NCBI GenBank assembly: GCA_963769425.1
Contig: CAVYLP010000001.1
Span: 359,804 to 423,803, forward strand
Direction of reading: 5' to 3'
Length of the DNA stretch: 64,000 nucleotides
DNA from: Candidatus Bathyarchaeota archaeon
Lineage (GTDB): Archaea; Thermoproteota; Bathyarchaeia; TCS64
This document shows, in pieces, positions 1-10,225 of the stretch (the first letter of the stretch is position 1; every line of letters begins with the position of its first letter). A model generated the notes under the pieces. That model was not told where the DNA came from and made no database searches. It saw only the letters and a program-made list of their open reading frames with translations. The position numbers and the translations under genes are program-made.

Positions 1-282
1 CAGAGTATATTTGGAAATGTAAAGGAGCCGATGTTGATCATTATTGGCAAGAAAGACGTTCAAGTAGATTGGGTGTTGGATGGCCAGGCCCTAGAAAGGG
101 CGACTGCGAATGGAGGAAATGCATCCTTCGTTTACCCCGAAAACGCGAACCACGTTCTTAAACACGAGGAGACGCCCCGAGATAAACTAACTGCTGAAGC
201 TTCTCTACATTACAATGAAGAAGGTCGCATTCTTGATAGAGACGCAGTGAATGCGATAAATGATTGGTTGTCTGATAAGTGA
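1..282 (+). CDS. Alpha/beta hydrolase, C-terminal part (5' truncated by window edge)
   Basis: Frame open from base 1; PMLIIIGKKDVQV and ANHVLK resemble the catalytic Asp and His regions of alpha/beta hydrolases. Confidence 0.6.
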   Translation, partial: QSIFGNVKEPMLIIIGKKDVQVDWVLDGQALERATANGGNASFVYPENANHVLKHEETPRDKLTAEASLHYNEEGRILDRDAVNAINDWLSDK

Positions 283-342
283 GGTTTTAATTTCAATCAG
301 CAAGTTCAAATGTTAACCGGTGTTCCCTCGACGAGCAAATAC

Positions 343-1551
343 TCATTTGGTCAGTGTGTAGATTTGTCCATCCTGGGTGCTGAGGTAAATTTCTCCACCG
401 TCATCGATGCCAAACGATGTGATTCGGAGGCCACTATTCACGAGTTCACTGACCTGAATCGTTGAGTTAGTCCCTTGGGTGAGTGCCCATATTCGGCCAG
501 ATACGTAGTCGCCGAAGATGTATCGACCTTGAAGACCCGTTAACAGAGTACCCCTGTAGACGTATCCACCGATGACCGCGCTGTTACCTTGTGTGTGATT
601 ATAGACGTAGATCGGCGCCTCGTACAGTGAGGAGTCGCAGTTGGTTTCCGAGTAGCAGAGGTTCCCCTCCATGACGTTCCAACCATAGTTCCCGCCACTA
701 TTCACGAGGTCTATCTCCTCCTGCCTATCCTGGCCCACGTCTCCGACCCACAGGAGACCCGTCTCCGCATCGAAGCTAAACCTCCACGGATTCCGCAGCC
801 CATATGCGTAGATCTCCTCCCTGAACCCGTCCTTGTTGCCAGCGTATGGATTGTCTGGCGGAATAGAGTAATTCATATTAGGGGTTGTGCGGTCGACGTC
901 TATCCTGAGTATTTTGCCGAGTAGGATGGATCTATCCTGTCCGTGATCAAATGGGTCCCCCTCGGGGCCGCCGTCGCCGACGCCTATGTAGAGGTACCCG
1001 TCGCTCCCGAAGGCGAGTTGCCCTGCCTTATGCCATGTATTTGGTTGGGGTATCTCGAGGAGGATCTTCTCACTGTTTATGTCCACTTTAGTTTTGTCTG
1101 TTGCGTTTACGGTGAATCTAGCGACGACGGTTCGGTTCGGGTTAGGGGCAGTATAGTATATGTAGAGCTGACCATTCTCTGCGTATTTGGGATGGAAAGC
1201 TAACCCGAGTAGCCCCCATTCACCTCCGCTTAAAACTCTCGATGTTATGTTTAGGAAGGTTCCTGAGACCCAGTCTCCTGATGTATTTTTCTGTAGGAGT
1301 TTGATGGTTCCGGCCTGCTCGATTATGAATAATTGGCCTGAAGGGGCGGGTGTTCTAACGATGCCGAGGGGGCTAGTGAACTTCGTTGAATTGAATACCC
1401 TCGTGAGCTTGATTTGCTCTGCGTTGGGGGAAGAAGTGTGTAGTATATAGAATGTGGCTATGCTTAGCGTTATGGTGAATACCAAGATGATGAGCAGGGC
1501 GGATATCCACTTGTTCAATTTCTCATCGTCGGGATTGTCTGGTGAATGCAA
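343..1551 (-). CDS. PQQ-dependent glucose/sorbosone dehydrogenase family, membrane-anchored
   Basis: N-terminal TM helix; GLLGLAFHP, FGSDGYLYIGVGDGG, YAYGLRNPWRFSFD, GGNYGW motifs. Confidence 0.9.
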   Translation of the reverse strand: MHSPDNPDDEKLNKWISALLIILVFTITLSIATFYILHTSSPNAEQIKLTRVFNSTKFTSPLGIVRTPAPSGQLFIIEQAGTIKLLQKNTSGDWVSGTFLNITSRVLSGGEWGLLGLAFHPKYAENGQLYIYYTAPNPNRTVVARFTVNATDKTKVDINSEKILLEIPQPNTWHKAGQLAFGSDGYLYIGVGDGGPEGDPFDHGQDRSILLGKILRIDVDRTTPNMNYSIPPDNPYAGNKDGFREEIYAYGLRNPWRFSFDAETGLLWVGDVGQDRQEEIDLVNSGGNYGWNVMEGNLCYSETNCDSSLYEAPIYVYNHTQGNSAVIGGYVYRGTLLTGLQGRYIFGDYVSGRIWALTQGTNSTIQVSELVNSGLRITSFGIDDGGEIYLSTQDGQIYTLTK

Positions 1552-1655
1552 TCATATACACTCGATTGAGCGAGAGAGGATATCCAGAAACGAGGAAGAC
1601 TCTGAAAATACTCTATATTATTATATCTTCAAACAGATCGACGCCATTTAACTGA

Positions 1656-2606
1656 CTAACTTCTTCCTTGTTCCTTCATGAGCCTGAGGGCCTGCTCGCG
1701 GGTGGGTATGGGTGCAACAGCTCCTAGGCCGGTTGCTGTGAGTGCGCCAACGGCGTTGGCGAAGGAGGCGACCCTCCTAGGAGCCCATTTCTCCATCGTT
1801 GCGAGTACGAAGGCGCCGTCGAAGGCGTCCCCAGATCCAGTCGTATCGAGGACATTAACACTGAATCCGGGTGAGGTGAATGATTCGTCACCATTTGAAA
1901 CGAGACACCCCTCTCCGCCGTGCTTGACTACGACTGTGCCGACGCCGAGACGCCTCAACTTCTCAACCGCCCGTTTGGGCTCCGCAATGTTGTATAGGGT
2001 CTTCATGTCCTCCATGCTCGCGAAAACGATGTCGCTCAAGGAGAAGGCCTCCTCGCAACTCTCACGTGCGAGAGGCGTCGGCCAGAGCTTCGGCCTCATG
2101 TTTATGTCGAAGCTGATGAGTGCTCCCTGCCCCTTCGCTTCCCTCATCGCCTGCAGAGATGCCTTCCTAAGCCCCTCACCTACAGCTAGGGTTATTCCAC
2201 TGTTGTGTAATGCCTTTGCCTGCCTAACATATTCAACGTCTAGGTCAGCTGGACTGAACCTGCTTGCGGATGCTCCCGCCCTATAGTAGGTGAAGTCATG
2301 CCCACCTTCAGGTTTCAGACTGATGAAGTAGACCGCGGTGAAGCCGGCTGGCTCCCTGATGACCCGGCTCGCGTCGACGTTCTCCCTTGCCCAGAGATCT
2401 AGGAAGCTGGCTCCGAATGAGTCCCCGCCTAACCTGCAAATGTAGCCGGCGCTCCCACCTAAGCGGGCAACCGCAACTATGAAGTTGCTTGTGTCACCGC
2501 CCCAGCCTCTCTTGAAGGACTCGACTGCGCCTAGGTGGCCAAGATCGGAGGCGCAGAACTCCGCCATCGGCTCGCCGATGCTGAGAATCTCAGGGGTGCC
2601 CATCAT
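1656..2606 (-). CDS. PfkB family sugar kinase (2-keto-3-deoxygluconate kinase-like)
   Basis: GGDTSNFIVAVARLG, FDINMRPKLW and DTTGSGDAF signatures. Confidence 0.85.
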   Translation of the reverse strand: MMGTPEILSIGEPMAEFCASDLGHLGAVESFKRGWGGDTSNFIVAVARLGGSAGYICRLGGDSFGASFLDLWARENVDASRVIREPAGFTAVYFISLKPEGGHDFTYYRAGASASRFSPADLDVEYVRQAKALHNSGITLAVGEGLRKASLQAMREAKGQGALISFDINMRPKLWPTPLARESCEEAFSLSDIVFASMEDMKTLYNIAEPKRAVEKLRRLGVGTVVVKHGGEGCLVSNGDESFTSPGFSVNVLDTTGSGDAFDGAFVLATMEKWAPRRVASFANAVGALTATGLGAVAPIPTREQALRLMKEQGRS

Positions 2607-2682
2607 AGGGGATCATCTAATCTCTCGGATAAGCGATTGGGTGACGCTTATTACTCCAGAGGGGTAGGATCAGGGGACCGGT

Positions 2683-3555
2683 ATGAAGATCGAGGGGATA
2701 ATCACCGCATTAATCACCCCCTTCGACGACGAGGGCGAGGTCGACGAGGAGGCGCTCAAGAAGCTTATCGACTTCCAGGTGAAGGGTGGCGTAAATGGGC
2801 TCTTCCTCTGTGGGACAGCGGGGCTCGGCGCGATAATGAGGCATGACCAGCGTGTCGAGGCTTTCATGATAGCGGCGAAGCACTCTCACGGTAGGATACC
2901 GATTGTGGCACACGTGGGGGCACCGAGCACCGAGGAGACGGTGAGCCTCGCCAAGCAGGCTGAGGCAGCTGGGGTCGACGCCTTGGGATGCGTTACGCCC
3001 TATTATGTCACCCCAGACGATGAGTCGATGCTTACACATTACAAGGCGGTTCTGGCATCGGTGAAGCTCCCCGTTTATGTCTATAACATTCCGCGAAACG
3101 CCGTCAACAACGTCTCCCCCGATCTAATGAAGAAGCTCGTGGAGGCGGGAATCGCAGGTGTGAAGGATAGTAGCAGGGACTTCGTCCAGGTGATGGAGTA
3201 TCTGCAGGCTCTCCCGCCGACATCGACGGTGATCTGTGGAACGGACAGCTACATTCTACCCGCGCTCCTCATGGGGGCGAAGGGGGCCATAACGGGGTAT
3301 GCCAACGCATTCCCGGAGATCTACGCTCAACTTTGGAAAGCCTACAAGGATGGAAAGTCGGAGGAGGCGAGGCAGCTCCAGTTCAGGGTCAACACTCTGA
3401 GGAAGCTCCTGCAGAAGCCTGCGATCTCACCACACTACGAGGCATTACGCTTGAGGGGCATCGACTGCGGGAACCCGAGGGCGCCGCTCAGGGCGATGAC
3501 GGAGAAGGAGACACAAGGTCTCAGAGAGCAGCTGACAAAGCTCGGTGTACTGTAA
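2683..3555 (+). CDS. Dihydrodipicolinate synthase/KDG aldolase family lyase
   Basis: ALITPF, CGTAG, YNIP, GVKDSS (Schiff-base Lys); divergent from the KdgK-like kinase. Confidence 0.85.
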   Translation: MKIEGIITALITPFDDEGEVDEEALKKLIDFQVKGGVNGLFLCGTAGLGAIMRHDQRVEAFMIAAKHSHGRIPIVAHVGAPSTEETVSLAKQAEAAGVDALGCVTPYYVTPDDESMLTHYKAVLASVKLPVYVYNIPRNAVNNVSPDLMKKLVEAGIAGVKDSSRDFVQVMEYLQALPPTSTVICGTDSYILPALLMGAKGAITGYANAFPEIYAQLWKAYKDGKSEEARQLQFRVNTLRKLLQKPAISPHYEALRLRGIDCGNPRAPLRAMTEKETQGLREQLTKLGVL

Positions 3556-3711
3556 AATTCTTTTATTCATGTCGGAAAAGGTCTCAGATTATCATCTACA
3601 ATCTTTTTTATAGGTTGGTTCATAAGTAAAGGTCAATCCCGCCTCGGTGAATTTCTCAGCAGCAAAACTACGGCTCAAGACGACGCTGAAAATGGGGGAG
3701 GTGAAAACGAG

Positions 3712-3843
3712 TTGGATAAGACTACTGTAATCTGCACTAATTGTGGGAATAGGTTCGAGACAAATTCTCCCTTCCCTAAGACGACGTGCCCGGTTTGCCG
3801 CTATAAGACGAATGTCAAAAATATTGATATGAAAGCCCACTGA
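3712..3843 (+). CDS. 43-aa zinc-ribbon microprotein (CxxC...CPxC), absent from ORF track
   Basis: TTG start after GGAGGTGA; translation MDKTTVICTNCGNRFETNSPFPKTTCPVCRYKTNVKNIDMKAH. Confidence 0.75.
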   Translation: MDKTTVICTNCGNRFETNSPFPKTTCPVCRYKTNVKNIDMKAH

Positions 3844-3885
3844 TAGATTGCCGGGGGTCTTTTCCCCCAATTTAAATGAATGTGG

Positions 3886-5058
3886 CTACTCGAAGCCGTG
3901 CCACATTCTCTCGAATACGCCGACGGCCTCGTCTCTGTTCATGCTCCTCGGGTTGACTGAGAGGAGCCTACCTATCCTCATTGTCTCGTCGGCCATGAGC
4001 GGTATCTCGTCGTGCTTTATGTCGAGCTCCTCGAGGCTGAGCGGGATGCCGAGGTCATTGTTGAGTCTCGCCACCGCGTTGACCGCCTCGTAGGCTGCTT
4101 CTCTGACATTCATGCCGCTGGTATCCTCGCCGAGGGCCTCGGCGACGTCCGCGAGCCTCTCGGGTATGGCGAGGAGGTTGTACTCCATTATGAATGGGAG
4201 CGCCGTAGCGCATGTGAATCCGTGTGGTAGCTGCTTCATGACGGCGAAACCGTAGGCGAGGGCGTGTCCTCCGCATGTGCTCGAGTTGGCGATCGACAGC
4301 CCGCCGAGCATGCTCCCCATGCTCATGTTGGCGCGTGCCTCGACGTTGCTTCCCTGTGCATAGGCGAGGCGAAGGTAATCCGAGATTAGCCTCATGGACT
4401 GTAGGGCGACGGCGTCGGCGAAGGTGTTGTTCTTCTGGGACATGTAGGCCTCGATGGCGTGGCTCAGGGCGTCCATACCCGTGTTTGCGGTGACCTTCTG
4501 GGGTAGGCTCAGCGTGAGGGCTGGGTCTATGAGGGCCGTGTCGGGCATGATGTAGGGGTGGGTTATCCCCGTCTTCATCTCCTTGTGGGTGACGACGAGT
4601 GTAGCTGTCGCCTCGCTGCCCGTGCCGCTTGTCGTCGGTATTGCTAGGAGCGGGACCCCCCTACTTGCGAGCGGGACGCCTCCCACGTAGTCTTTGAAGT
4701 CCCCTGGGTTTTTGCGCATCAGAGCGGCGACCTTCGCCATGTCGAGGCTGCTCCCCCCGCCGACGCCCACGACGGAGTCGTATTGCTTCTTCCTCGCGAA
4801 CTTGGTGAGGGCCTCGGCGACGGGCATCGTCGGCTCGGGTTCGACCTTGTCCCAAATGTCGACTTCGAACCCCTCAGATGTGAGGGGGTTCTGTACCTTG
4901 TCCACGATCTTGAGCTTCATCACGGTCTCATCCGTGACGAGCAGAATCTTCTTCCCCCCGAGTTGCTTCGCCTCATCGGCGACCTTGTCTACTGCACCGA
5001 CCCCGAAGAGGGTCTTGCGGGGGGCTAGAAGCGTTCTCAGAATTCCCATGTCCGCCAT
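3886..5058 (-). CDS. Iron-containing alcohol dehydrogenase
   Basis: GGGSSLDMAK, IPTTSGTGSE, DALSHAIEAY, GHALA, PHG motifs. Confidence 0.93.
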   Translation of the reverse strand: MADMGILRTLLAPRKTLFGVGAVDKVADEAKQLGGKKILLVTDETVMKLKIVDKVQNPLTSEGFEVDIWDKVEPEPTMPVAEALTKFARKKQYDSVVGVGGGSSLDMAKVAALMRKNPGDFKDYVGGVPLASRGVPLLAIPTTSGTGSEATATLVVTHKEMKTGITHPYIMPDTALIDPALTLSLPQKVTANTGMDALSHAIEAYMSQKNNTFADAVALQSMRLISDYLRLAYAQGSNVEARANMSMGSMLGGLSIANSSTCGGHALAYGFAVMKQLPHGFTCATALPFIMEYNLLAIPERLADVAEALGEDTSGMNVREAAYEAVNAVARLNNDLGIPLSLEELDIKHDEIPLMADETMRIGRLLSVNPRSMNRDEAVGVFERMWHGFE

Positions 5059-5109
5059 GGCTATCTCAGGTCTCTAGCACGGCTCAGGGTTATTTCTCGT
5101 TTGTGAGGC

Positions 5110-6057
5110 TCATTCTAGTTTGAGGAGCCTAGCCGCGTTGCCGTAGAATATCTTGCCGACATCTTCCTCCCCAACCCCTATTGCGCGGACCTCCCTGAGC
5201 TGCTCGCGTAGGTAGTCGACGCTGAAGCCGCGGGGGAAGTAGCTGGAGTCGGTGCCAAAGACTATGCGGTCTGGGCCGACGGTCTCTAGACATTTCAGGA
5301 ACAGATCACGGAGGGTGAGTCTGTAGGGCATCCACGCCATCCACTGGTTGCTGCCAGAGGTGTCGATGAGTACGTTTGGGCAGGCCCAGCAGAGCTGGAG
5401 GAGCTCCCGGAAGTAGCAGGCGCCGAAGTGGGGGATGACGAAGTTTAGCGTAGGGAAGCTCGCGGCTATGTCCCAGAGACTCAGTGGGTCGAGGTTGTGA
5501 AGGCTCCGCGCGGGGCCTCCCCCTCCGCCGAGGACGCCGAAGTGAATGAGCACGGGGACTCCTAGTTTCTCAGCCATCTCCCAAACGGGGTACCCGGCCT
5601 TGTCATCCACTGGGCGTGTGAGGCCCGAGGCTATGAGCTTGAAACCCCTGAGGCCAAGAGTCTTCACACCACGCTCCAGCTCCGCCGCGGCGCCCTCGGA
5701 GAAGAGGTCGTGGTGGGCGAAGCCTGTGAACCTGTCTGGGTGCATCTTGACTATCCCTGAGAGGTTGTCGTTGCCTCCACCCATGACGAAGTTGACTCGG
5801 GTCAGTCCCTTCGCGTCCATGTCGGCGATCCATCGCTCAGCCTGCTCCGAGTCGCTGTGGATCCCGGTCTCCGGGGCGTCGAATCCCCACTTCTTCCTCC
5901 ACTCGTCCCTGTACTTGGCCGAGTTCTCGATGATGATCTTCGCCTTGGTCTCACCGTACCGCTGGGTGATTGTCTGAGTGTAGCCTGCCCTCGATTCGGC
6001 TCGCTGGATTGGGAAGTGGGCGTGGAAGTCTAGCACCTTGAGTCCGTGGAGGTCCAT
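5110..6057 (-). CDS. Amidohydrolase_2 family protein
   Basis: Start MDLHGLKVLDFHAHFP; VLIHFG, IPHFG, FGTDS, NAARLL. The longer ORF-track N-terminus is antisense to the DinB gene. Confidence 0.85.
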   Translation of the reverse strand: MDLHGLKVLDFHAHFPIQRAESRAGYTQTITQRYGETKAKIIIENSAKYRDEWRKKWGFDAPETGIHSDSEQAERWIADMDAKGLTRVNFVMGGGNDNLSGIVKMHPDRFTGFAHHDLFSEGAAAELERGVKTLGLRGFKLIASGLTRPVDDKAGYPVWEMAEKLGVPVLIHFGVLGGGGGPARSLHNLDPLSLWDIAASFPTLNFVIPHFGACYFRELLQLCWACPNVLIDTSGSNQWMAWMPYRLTLRDLFLKCLETVGPDRIVFGTDSSYFPRGFSVDYLREQLREVRAIGVGEEDVGKIFYGNAARLLKLE

Positions 6058-6165
6058 TGCATCAGCTCGACGGGGATTAATGGGGCATTCGCCTCGATTT
6101 AAAGAGTTTATTCGGGCTCGGGGAAAGCGGTAATAACCCGGTTTACGCACAACGTCATCGGAGAA

Positions 6166-6657
6166 GTGATCTGGTTGTCTGAGAAAGTCGAGTCGCTTAA
6201 GTCGATTGCAAACGTTGCCCTCGGAAGGTTCGATGTGACGATGAAGGATCTCAAGGAGTCGGAGGTAGAGTGGAAGCCGGTTGAGGAGGCGAACAACATC
6301 AGGTGGATACTGATGCACCTCTCTCAGCAGTGGAACGTCGGGTTCCCGAGGACATTCAAGGGTGACAACAACTACAAGCCCGCGGGGTGGCCCGACGACT
6401 ACGTCGGGAGTAAGTCGATCACATATACTCAACTGATGAACGATTTGTCGAAGGGCAAGGCGGCGGTCCTCGAGGGATTCAGCAAACTCAAAGCGGCTGA
6501 TCTGAACGTGGAGGTTCAATCGTACAGTGGCATGGTGAAGCGGTACGACAGGTTGTTGAGGCAGATCTCAGAGATCATCCACCATGAGGGTCAGATCGCG
6601 TACATCCGCGGCGCAATCACTAGGAAGAGGCAGAAGGACAGCCACTTTCTCGCTTAA
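6166..6657 (+). CDS. DinB family protein
   Basis: NNIRWILMHL and HHEGQIAYIR His motifs; start may be TTG at 6175. Confidence 0.75.
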   Translation: MIWLSEKVESLKSIANVALGRFDVTMKDLKESEVEWKPVEEANNIRWILMHLSQQWNVGFPRTFKGDNNYKPAGWPDDYVGSKSITYTQLMNDLSKGKAAVLEGFSKLKAADLNVEVQSYSGMVKRYDRLLRQISEIIHHEGQIAYIRGAITRKRQKDSHFLA

Positions 6658-6879
6658 CCTTTTAATTACTTAATTTAAAATATTTAACTATCAATATGTT
6701 GCTTGAATAAACATCCAGCTTGAGTATCGTTTCGTTAAACAAATGGGACTCAGTATGCTTGTTGGGTTGATATTGGAAACATCTCTACGTGCATTAACTA
6801 GGTTAAGATATTAATATCCCATTTTCCCATCTCTCTTTTCAGCTAATATTCAAGAAAAATTTAAAAAAGGGTGCAAACC

Positions 6880-8234
6880 TTGGTCGATAAAAAAAATATG
6901 CTAGCGATAATATTACTAGTCTCAGGCTTGATCATAGGAGCAGGAATCGGGTACTTCACCATCCCAAAAGAGGCGGGGAAAACAATGATTCCGTACATTC
7001 GTTGATTACCCCCCCTTAAGGAACGTCAGCTGTCAAACTTGGCTACATCGCATCGGACACGACAGCACTAGAGGTCGGCAAACCGTACCATGAGCAAATT
7101 ATAGCGGCTGACCTAAACAAATACGCTGAGCTCCTCGGATACGTGACCTCAGCCAATTTGGGCAAGGTTACTTTCTCGTACCTAATCGACGATGCTCAGG
7201 GTCAGGACAACACTCACCTCGAGAAGGTGCAGGGCTTCAAGTCCGCGGGAATCACAATACTTGAGGGTGGTGGCTGGTCGAGCCAGGCTCAGTCGGCCCT
7301 CAGCTACGTTAACGAAAATGGCATGCTGATGTGGAGCTCATCCTCAACCTCCCCAGCCCTCGCAATAGCTAACGATAACCTCTTCCGCATGTGCGCCGCC
7401 GATACCCACCTCGCACCCGCCATGGTGAACGTCATGTGGGCAGCGGGTGTAAGGAGCATCGTCATATTCCAACGCGGCGACTCATGGGGCGACGGCATCG
7501 TCAACCTTCTGGTCCCCCTCTGGACGGCTAAGGGTGGAACGGTTGCAGGCAATAAAATCAGGTACGCGACTAATGCGACAGAGTTCGCTAACTATCTAAC
7601 GGTGGCTGACCAGCAGGTTGCATCCGCCGTCGCAGCCAACGGCGGTGAGACACATGGAGTCGGTGTCGTTATGCTGGCCCTCGATGAAATCTCCGTCATC
7701 CTCAAGCAGGTGAGCAACTACTCGAACGTTTACAACGTCCACTGGTGGGGCAGCGACGGCACGGCGAAGAACCAGAGGGCCATGGATGATGCCCCCGATG
7801 AGGCGAACCACATCGGCTTCTACAGTTTATTAGCGCGTCCGGAGATAACCCCACTCTACAATAGCCTCGAGAATAGGTATGAGAATCTTACCAAGCAGCA
7901 GTACAGTTCCTATCAGGCTTACTCCTACGACATCTCTCTTGTGATCAGTAACACGATTTACCAGACCCAGAGCACGTCAGGCGCCGTACTGGTGCCGCTG
8001 CAGAAACCCACCGCTGATCGTACGTTTGGTGCAGCGGGCTCCTGTCGACTTGATGAGTTCGGTGACCGACTTGGCCCATCATATGATATCTGGTGGTTCG
8101 AACCCAGCGCCACCAAGGCTTCAGTGAGTCGCATAGTGGGTCAGTACAACCCTGATGCTGAGGAGATGAAGGAGGGTGAGGGGACGGTCTTCTTCCCAGT
8201 TGAAGACTTCGGACCCAGACCCATCGGGCCATAA
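6880..8234 (+). CDS. Branched-chain amino acid ABC substrate-binding protein (LivK-like), frameshifted near 6990-7030
   Basis: N-terminal anchor (LAIILLVSGLIIGAGIGY) is in one frame; VKLGYIASD...SSSTSPALAIANDNLFRM...LDEFGDR is in another. Confidence 0.75.
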
Positions 8235-8370
8235 AATCTATTAAAAAAATATCCATTTTTTCTTTGCTTTTCCGTAGATAAACTTGGACCTACATTCGCA
8301 GACTGTGTAATAATTCGTGCTCATCTCATACAGAGTTTTTATTCTGTATGTTTCTTTGACCTAAACACTT

Positions 8371-8874
8371 TTAGAATTTGACCTCAGTGGACTTCTTTCC
8401 CGTCAGATCCTCGATGGCGATCCAACCTATGGTTGTTCGTTCGATCTCCACGTCCTTTCCTATTCTGGTCTTGTGGGGGTCGACTTCGCCGGTGGGGGAC
8501 AGCTTCTCCTGGCGGGCGAACATGAAGCTCATTATCCTCCTCTTCTCAGCCGTGTCCTTGGCGAGATGGACGGTGCCCTCGAACATGGCTGTGACGTAGA
8601 GGTGGTTGCACTTCCCCTCAACGTAGCCGTGGTCGATTATTGCCTGACCCCAGACGTGTGGGTTGGCCTTCATGTAGTCCATCTTCTTTCCCTCGGAGGC
8701 GCAGTGGAAGTAGAGGCGTCTTCCGTCGGGGTCGTAGGCGTGGCTGAGGCTGACGAGGTAAGGGACGTTGTCCTTGCACATTGCGACGGTGATGTATTGA
8801 GTCTCCTTGAGGACCCGCTCAAGCTTCTCCGGGTCGGTTACCGCGCGGTCCATGCGCCTCATGTGGTACTTCAT
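8371..8874 (-). CDS. Pyridoxamine 5'-phosphate oxidase-like / NimA flavin-binding protein
   Basis: MRRMDR start, PYLVSLSH, LYFHCASEGKK, C-terminal LTGK. Confidence 0.85.
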   Translation of the reverse strand: MKYHMRRMDRAVTDPEKLERVLKETQYITVAMCKDNVPYLVSLSHAYDPDGRRLYFHCASEGKKMDYMKANPHVWGQAIIDHGYVEGKCNHLYVTAMFEGTVHLAKDTAEKRRIMSFMFARQEKLSPTGEVDPHKTRIGKDVEIERTTIGWIAIEDLTGKKSTEVKF

Positions 8875-9265
8875 GGGTCTTCGACTTTAATCCGGCGTTG
8901 AGTGATAAAAGGCAGGCGGGTGTGTACAGAGACTCGATAAGGGTTAGTTTTCTACACTTGATCTTCGTTTGGGACCTAAATTCAAGATGCGGTTATCACC
9001 CAGAAGGGTTCTGAGTCAAATCGATGAAGTGATCTTAGCTACCGAGGTTTAGCCAAACATTGTAGGCAAGCTTCTCCTTACCTGAGTACGTAATCAAGCC
9101 TACTGAGTCGTCTAAGCTCAAGTCGTGCAGCTAAAACCATCCGATGACGCTGAGGCTAACTCCACGGTCCCAAAGTAGATGTAAGAGTCGAAAAGAGGGG
9201 ATTTCTCGTTTAACATAGTTTTAAATGAACACTAAAATTCTAGTAATCACTAGTATGCCCAATTC

Positions 9266-10102
9266 ATGGGTGAGGAAAAAATGAAGATTGGACTTTTCAC
9301 GATGCCCTACATGCGTCTGCCTCTCGAGAGTGCCTTCAAGGATGCGTCACATTTCGGCTACGACGGGGTCGAACTATGGGGAGGTCGCCCACACGCTTAC
9401 TCCTTCGATCTTAAGGCAGGTGGAATCTCTGAGATCAAGGAACTCTCCAGAAAATATGGTCTGCCGATCATCGGTTTCACTCCGGAGATGAACATGTACC
9501 CGTACAACATGATGATTGGCTCCGAGGCGATGCGACGCGATAGCCTCGATTATGTCAAGCTCTCCATGGATATGGCGAAAGAGATGGACGCGGGCTTTAC
9601 TCTGATCTCCGCCGCCCACGCCGGCTATGAGGCCACACGACAGGAGTACTGGCCACGTCTGATCAAGAACCTCAGGGAACTCGCCAGCCACGCCGAAGAC
9701 ATCGGCATCGACTTGGTCCTGGAGCCCCTCACAATGTACGAGAGCAATGTGGTCGTCACCTGCAACGATCTAGTCGCGGCGCTGGACGAAGTCGGCTCTG
9801 AGAGGCTTTTCGGAATGTGTGACATCTGCCCGCCTTTCTGCAACCGTGAGCCTATAATGTCCTACTTTGAGAAACTGGGAAATCGTCTGCGCCACATGCA
9901 CATCATCGACAGCGACGGACAGTCGGACGCCCACATGATGCCTGGAGAAGGGAAGATTCCGTTGCGCCAGCTCTTCCGCGAGATAGAAGCAACCGGCTAC
10001 GGTGGTTACTGCACAATCGAGCTGATCTCAGCCATCATGAATGAGCCAACACTGGGGTCCTCACTCGCGATCGAGCGAGTCAGGGATCTGCTTAAGGAAT
10101 AG
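9266..10102 (+). CDS. frlC: Fructoselysine 3-epimerase FrlC-like (xylose isomerase-like TIM barrel)
   Basis: Closely matches E. coli FrlC as I recall it: [30 protein letters not shown], LEPLTxYESNVV, [15 protein letters not shown]. Confidence 0.85.
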   Translation: MGEEKMKIGLFTMPYMRLPLESAFKDASHFGYDGVELWGGRPHAYSFDLKAGGISEIKELSRKYGLPIIGFTPEMNMYPYNMMIGSEAMRRDSLDYVKLSMDMAKEMDAGFTLISAAHAGYEATRQEYWPRLIKNLRELASHAEDIGIDLVLEPLTMYESNVVVTCNDLVAALDEVGSERLFGMCDICPPFCNREPIMSYFEKLGNRLRHMHIIDSDGQSDAHMMPGEGKIPLRQLFREIEATGYGGYCTIELISAIMNEPTLGSSLAIERVRDLLKE

Positions 10103-10225
10103 AAAAATCGTTGAATTCTACTTAGCCTAGATATGCTAGTTGGGTGGATCAGCTCCATGATTCTGGCTGCTTCCCGAGAATTAATCCCCTTTAAGCAAAA
10201 ATCGAGTAAGGTTATTTTCGTTGAA

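Noticed and set aside
3625-3705. c-di-GMP-I riboswitch suggested by GCAAAACTAC
   Set aside because: The P1/P2 elements (GGCAAAC, GNRA loop and receptor) are not recognisable.
6058-6519. Long N-terminal extension of the amidohydrolase, and other long overlapping ORFs (e.g. 27415-28545, 35711-36469)
   Set aside because: They are antisense shadows of real genes with biased codon usage.
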